Below the pieces are notes generated by a model that had not been told where the DNA came from, searched no databases, and saw only the letters and a list, made by a program, of their open reading frames with translations. Below are positions 59,560-64,000 of a stretch of 64,000 nucleotides of DNA, piece by piece (the first letter of the stretch is position 1; each line of letters opens with the position of its first letter). Source of the DNA: Phoronis australis (lineage: Eukaryota > Animalia > Phoronida); contig NMRA01000038.1 of the NCBI GenBank assembly GCA_002633005.1, forward strand, positions 767,329 through 831,328, written 5' to 3'. Made by a program: the position numbers and the translations under genes.

Positions 59560-60039
59560 GCGTGCTTTCCCATTAGAAGTTAAACTTAGCTTTTACCGAA
59601 GTTTTGGTAAGAGGGAAGGTTAACTCTGGTAGTTAATCCGCAAGTAAAACTTTGCTGAAAATAGTAGGATTTAAAAGCGAAGCTTCGGCGTAGTGGGAAC
59701 AATCAGAGCGAAGCTTCCTCAAAGTTATCGGTAGAGGTCACGGTAACGATATCACGCGAGATTGATATGCTCTCAATTGACAGACGTAAATAAATAAAAG
59801 AAATTATATCTTATGAAGAACTGCAGTGGCCATTTTCATAAACACTCCTGAATGGCACAAGAGCAATTTTCAGTTCTCCTCGAGCCCACTACTCAATATT
59901 CATTTGAGAGTATGAATGAACTGTGTCGTCAGGTGTCATAGCGGTAATTTCGATATCGCTATCTATTAGGAAAGGTAAGTGAAGTTTTGGCCAAGTCTGA
60001 AGCTTTGGTAAACCGAAGTTCCCTAATGGGAAAGCGGCC
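59560..60039. mobile_element. PIF/Harbinger-type MITE
   Basis: gcgtgctttcccattag ... ctaatgggaaagcggcc with 3-bp TSD ACT. Confidence 0.75.
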
Positions 60040-63000
60040 ACTGTTATACCACAGCATGTTTTTAGACTGTAATTAATTATTGGTAGTTCAGTTGGATATA
60101 ATAGGGCCATTACAAGCTGCCTGTGTTAAAACTGTGACTCACAGTATGGCAGGATGCACTTTGGCACTGGTTTCACAGGTATTTCACCTTCATAACACAG
60201 TGATTCAGTTACTAAGACCTGTTCTGTGGTGCACCTAATCATAGTTGGTTGTTGTTCACCAGACACCTTTCTAATTGTAGCTTTACCATGCTTCTGAGCC
60301 ATGATGGTGAGTGTACTCTTGCAATGAACTTTTGAGTGTGTGTTGTGGTTGCATGCGGCTTAAAAAGCCACATAGTACTAACTATGCAGACAGATTTTTT
60401 CATAATCCAACCACTAGTGTTCATTGATTGCTTTTGTGTCTGCATTTCAAACCACAAATTAGGTGTAGGCACTGAGATACTAGATCCCAGATTTGGGCAG
60501 TAGTTGATTTTTGGGCACACTTGGATTCATCAAATCATGAAGTCCAAGCTATCCTGTGCATGCAGATAGCACATTACCGTAGATAAATCTTTGTTACTTG
60601 TAGTCCTGAAATTCAGAGTACCATAGTTCATTTACCGTGTTGGGTGATGAGTCACGATCTACAATTCCATACCGACAAAAATAATTGCTGAAATTGGCAT
60701 GTCTCCATTTTTTTCCTAAATTCGCTAATTGCTGAGAATGCTTCACCATGTGTCAGAAGATTGTAGTGCTGCAAGACTTTCTGTGGTAATAACGAATAAA
60801 AATTTTCTAAGTTCTCATCGAAAATTTAATGGAATGAAATTCCAGTATACTGCCATATTTTCTGACCTTAATCAGCTCTTGGGCCATTTTAACCTTTTAA
60901 GAGTTCAGGGTGTAAAATCAGCAAATAACATGGGAAAGTACAATTATGATTATGTAATGGTAATCTACGGAATATGAGAATACCGGTGACAACATCCTGG
61001 ATTTAATGGTGGTCCATGCCACTCTTGCCAACTTTCACCATCAAAGTTGGTCGCAATGTTTTAGTGCAGCAAGATGTTGTATCCTCAGGGAGAATCAATA
61101 CTTCCTTCTGTTAGCTATATGATAGTATTTAAGACTAATTTAGAGGAGGTTCATTGGAGTAATCAGAAAATAGGTCACGTGGAATAACGTTTGTGTGTTA
61201 GCATGTTAGTATTACTGATGGAGTGTTGTTTCCAGGCATTACGTGTATTATACAGTGCATATCGCTTAAAAATAACAATTTACAATTATATTTTCACTTG
61301 ATTGGAATGTCACTTCCTTTCACTACAAAAACAATAAAAATGAGTGTCTCTTAATGCAACACCATTGCAGTGGCTTGTCGTTAACTCTGGCTTTTCTAAT
61401 ATAGCTTGACATTTTAAACATAACTCTGGGCTTCAAACATGACTCATTTTTCCAAATATGGAGCAAAAACATTTCAAACATGGTGCAGTGCCCTGTTCTA
61501 ACACATGCAGGGAGAACAGTACACACTTGTCCCTGACATGTGGTATGCAATGTATTTTTATTCATGCCTTGTCTGTGCTGTTGCTCACAAGGCTGTGAAA
61601 TGAGGAGTTATTGGGTCAAGTACTTCCTGTATTTGCTATCATCAGGCTTCCACTGTGTTCAATCTTTCTGACGTCACGTCACCCTAGACTTTAAAAACTT
61701 CTGGACACTCACAACATTGTAAGAGGACCCTGGTGAAAAACGAGAAAAGGGCAATTTTGGCTATAAATTTCGTCGTATAATGGAGAGAGAGAATTTACTG
61801 TACTGGGAAATTCAGATTCTGTTCTCCACATTTAAGCCATATGTAGACTGACAAGGGATGACTGTGAAGTGAGGATTTTTGCAGTGAATAAACCCTTCTA
61901 ATCTTGAGGGAAGTTTTAATTGTTGGATGTGAATTTTTGGTCCTGATGGGAATTTTACAGGAAATAATTTCAGAAGCATATGAGGCAGACATCCAGATAT
62001 TTCTGGCACATTCTGGGTTTGTTTTCTAATAGCATGTATGAAAACTATTTATATTGTGTTTTATCATTGTTGGCCACTGATAAAGTTTATTAAAAACTTA
62101 ACTTTCAGGTGACTGTGGAATTAAAGGTCGCAAGTTGACTGACAAATTATTATGATATTATGACATATTTCTTATCTTGCTTCTCCAAGAGCATAGTGAG
62201 AACTGTCCCACCATGAGTGTGTGAAGAGTCAATATCCTCAATGTTAACTAACCTTATTAAAGCAAAAATGTCCTGTGTTGACTGCTGACTCAGTGCAGAG
62301 TTCACTGCTGAATCAACACACACTTTGACTCTGCCTGAATGGAGTCATGCCCTGTGTCAGTTGGTTGTAGACACACAAGTATTGATCCTATGGTCACAAT
62401 AACATGCCAAGCCCTGCAGAAACAGGTGGGTTGTTTTGGCTGTAGGTTGTGTAATTGGTTGGAGTGAGTACTGTGAAGAGGCCATGGTCAGCAAGTGGTT
62501 GTGTTAAGATGAACTAAAAAGAACAAAACAATGCAGCTCTATGGCATAGCTCTACTGTCTGTCTGGAAGGATATTCAGAGAAATGTTGCTGTGCTTGTTG
62601 TGGTAATTTTACCCATTCAGTTTTGTTTTCTTTTATAACCAAGCTCTCTTGTTTCATAACACTTTAATATTTGTTGTTAGTTTGAACTCACCAGCATTAT
62701 TCAACACTTTTTGATTCTTAGTGTCAATGAAATGGCGTGTAAGGTTTGACATGACATGACTAGTTGTAGTGTGCCATTAACACACACTCATATGCTAAAG
62801 CCATGTCTCAATTCAACTCTCCTTCCCTGCTGATGTTTGCGGAAACAGGCATTGTGTGACTGCCTGACCACAGTAAAATCTCACTAATTTAGGACTCACT
62901 GTTGTGAAATTTCATTTTCTTTTTTTTTTCTTGAACAGTGAGAAGAACAAAGGTAATACCTTCCAACTTCCACGATACGAGACAAAATTAATCAGACAAA

Positions 63001-64000
63001 ATACTGTTTCCTAGACATGATGGCTAATATGTTAACAACGGAAATGAATGTTACTAACTATTCGGCCATCAAGATTCTAATTACAGAATAATGATTAGCT
63101 ATCTTACTAACTTTCTTGTAAATTCCTCATCTTTCTTGGTCATGCGGGGAGACGACTCTCACGATGAATTTGGCTGCTGCCCACCACCCATCATAACGGG
63201 GAATTCTGGGTTATTTTGTTTGAATACTTTTGGCTCGTACTGTATATACCATAGCTATAATATTTTAAAAAGTATCACAACAGTTTTATCTAATGATTGA
63301 AAAATGAGCAGTTGACTATTCTTGCAATTAATTTTGTTCGGCAAGTAAAGAACATTATGTGCACCCACATAGGGGCTTAGTGTGCTGTAGTAATAGGTAT
63401 TGGTATTAGATCCTAATGGTGTACTATTATCATGACAGCAGGTCTAAAGACAAAATGCTCTATAGATCTCCAGCATTGTGAAGTATTTTGGGCGTGATAA
63501 ATTTGTTCAGCTCATATTGTATGTTGGGTAAGTTGAGTATTTTTGGTGTCAGATTTATTTATCATGTCCTTTTCTCCATGGACCCACTGTGCTTAGCTAA
63601 TTGACTTTTTGGGTATCACATGGGTATGCTGTTCTGCCAGGGACACATTGACATTTCTTGCAGGGTAATTGTGAGGCTTTGGTGCCTATATTCTATCTGA
63701 ACTGACCTACATGTCTCAAGCTTTATGAACAAATTGGCCTGTACCCCAAACACATTCATCTCTAGAAAATTGGGGACCCTGTTTCACTTTCAGTGTATCA
63801 GTTTGAAAATTACAGCCTACACTTTTCTTCTAAAGATGCCTCATTTAATCTAGCCTTTGTGTAACATTGTTTAGTTATAACTGGGCAGTGAGGTAGGGGT
63901 ATTGACAAGAGTTTCAGCCAGGCACCTGTGAGAGACCATCACAAGAACTTGAGGGTGCAGCCCATTACAGCAAATCACAGCACAGCATGCACCCTCAATG

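Larger units (their letters stand above)
58200..61600 (+). pseudogene. Possible highly decayed Academ-like transposase relic
   Basis: Ordered, frameshifted traces: FTGISP, ILDPRFGQ, KNFLS, and a terminal Cys-rich cluster (VQC..CSNTC...CGMQC...SCLVC). Pattern recognition only. Confidence 0.3.

Noticed and set aside
61700-64000. Exons of a further host gene
   Set aside because: No long ORF or recognisable protein motif; small exons cannot be excluded without transcript data.

Overview
Eukaryotic, AT-rich, repeat-dense DNA. The element mix (Ty3/Gypsy, Tx1, CR1/L2-type, Penelope, Tc1/pogo, Harbinger and GC-ended MITEs) fits a marine invertebrate, but the taxon cannot be fixed from sequence alone. 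The only host genes supported are two tandem-duplicated, minus-strand, single-ORF FKRP/LicD-like type II membrane proteins (24521-26428 and 40130-42058). They sit in a segmental duplication whose copies have since been broken up by independent insertions. Both keep the FKRP zinc-loop cysteines and the PWDxDxD motif but share unusual active-site substitutions. The rest is nested mobile DNA: a young 2.5 kb Gypsy derivative lacking gag, protease and most of RT but with an open RNase H-integrase frame, inserted in the endonuclease domain of a decayed LINE; a 5'-truncated Tx1/L1 with an open ORF2 and a 7-bp TSD next to a 27-bp tandem repeat at the end of a pogo-like transposon; a ~3 kb element apparently nested antisense in its own family; Penelope remnants with hammerhead-like motifs; and several perfect short palindromes, two of which are absent from the homologous copy. 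Boundaries of decayed repeats were read by eye and are approximate.
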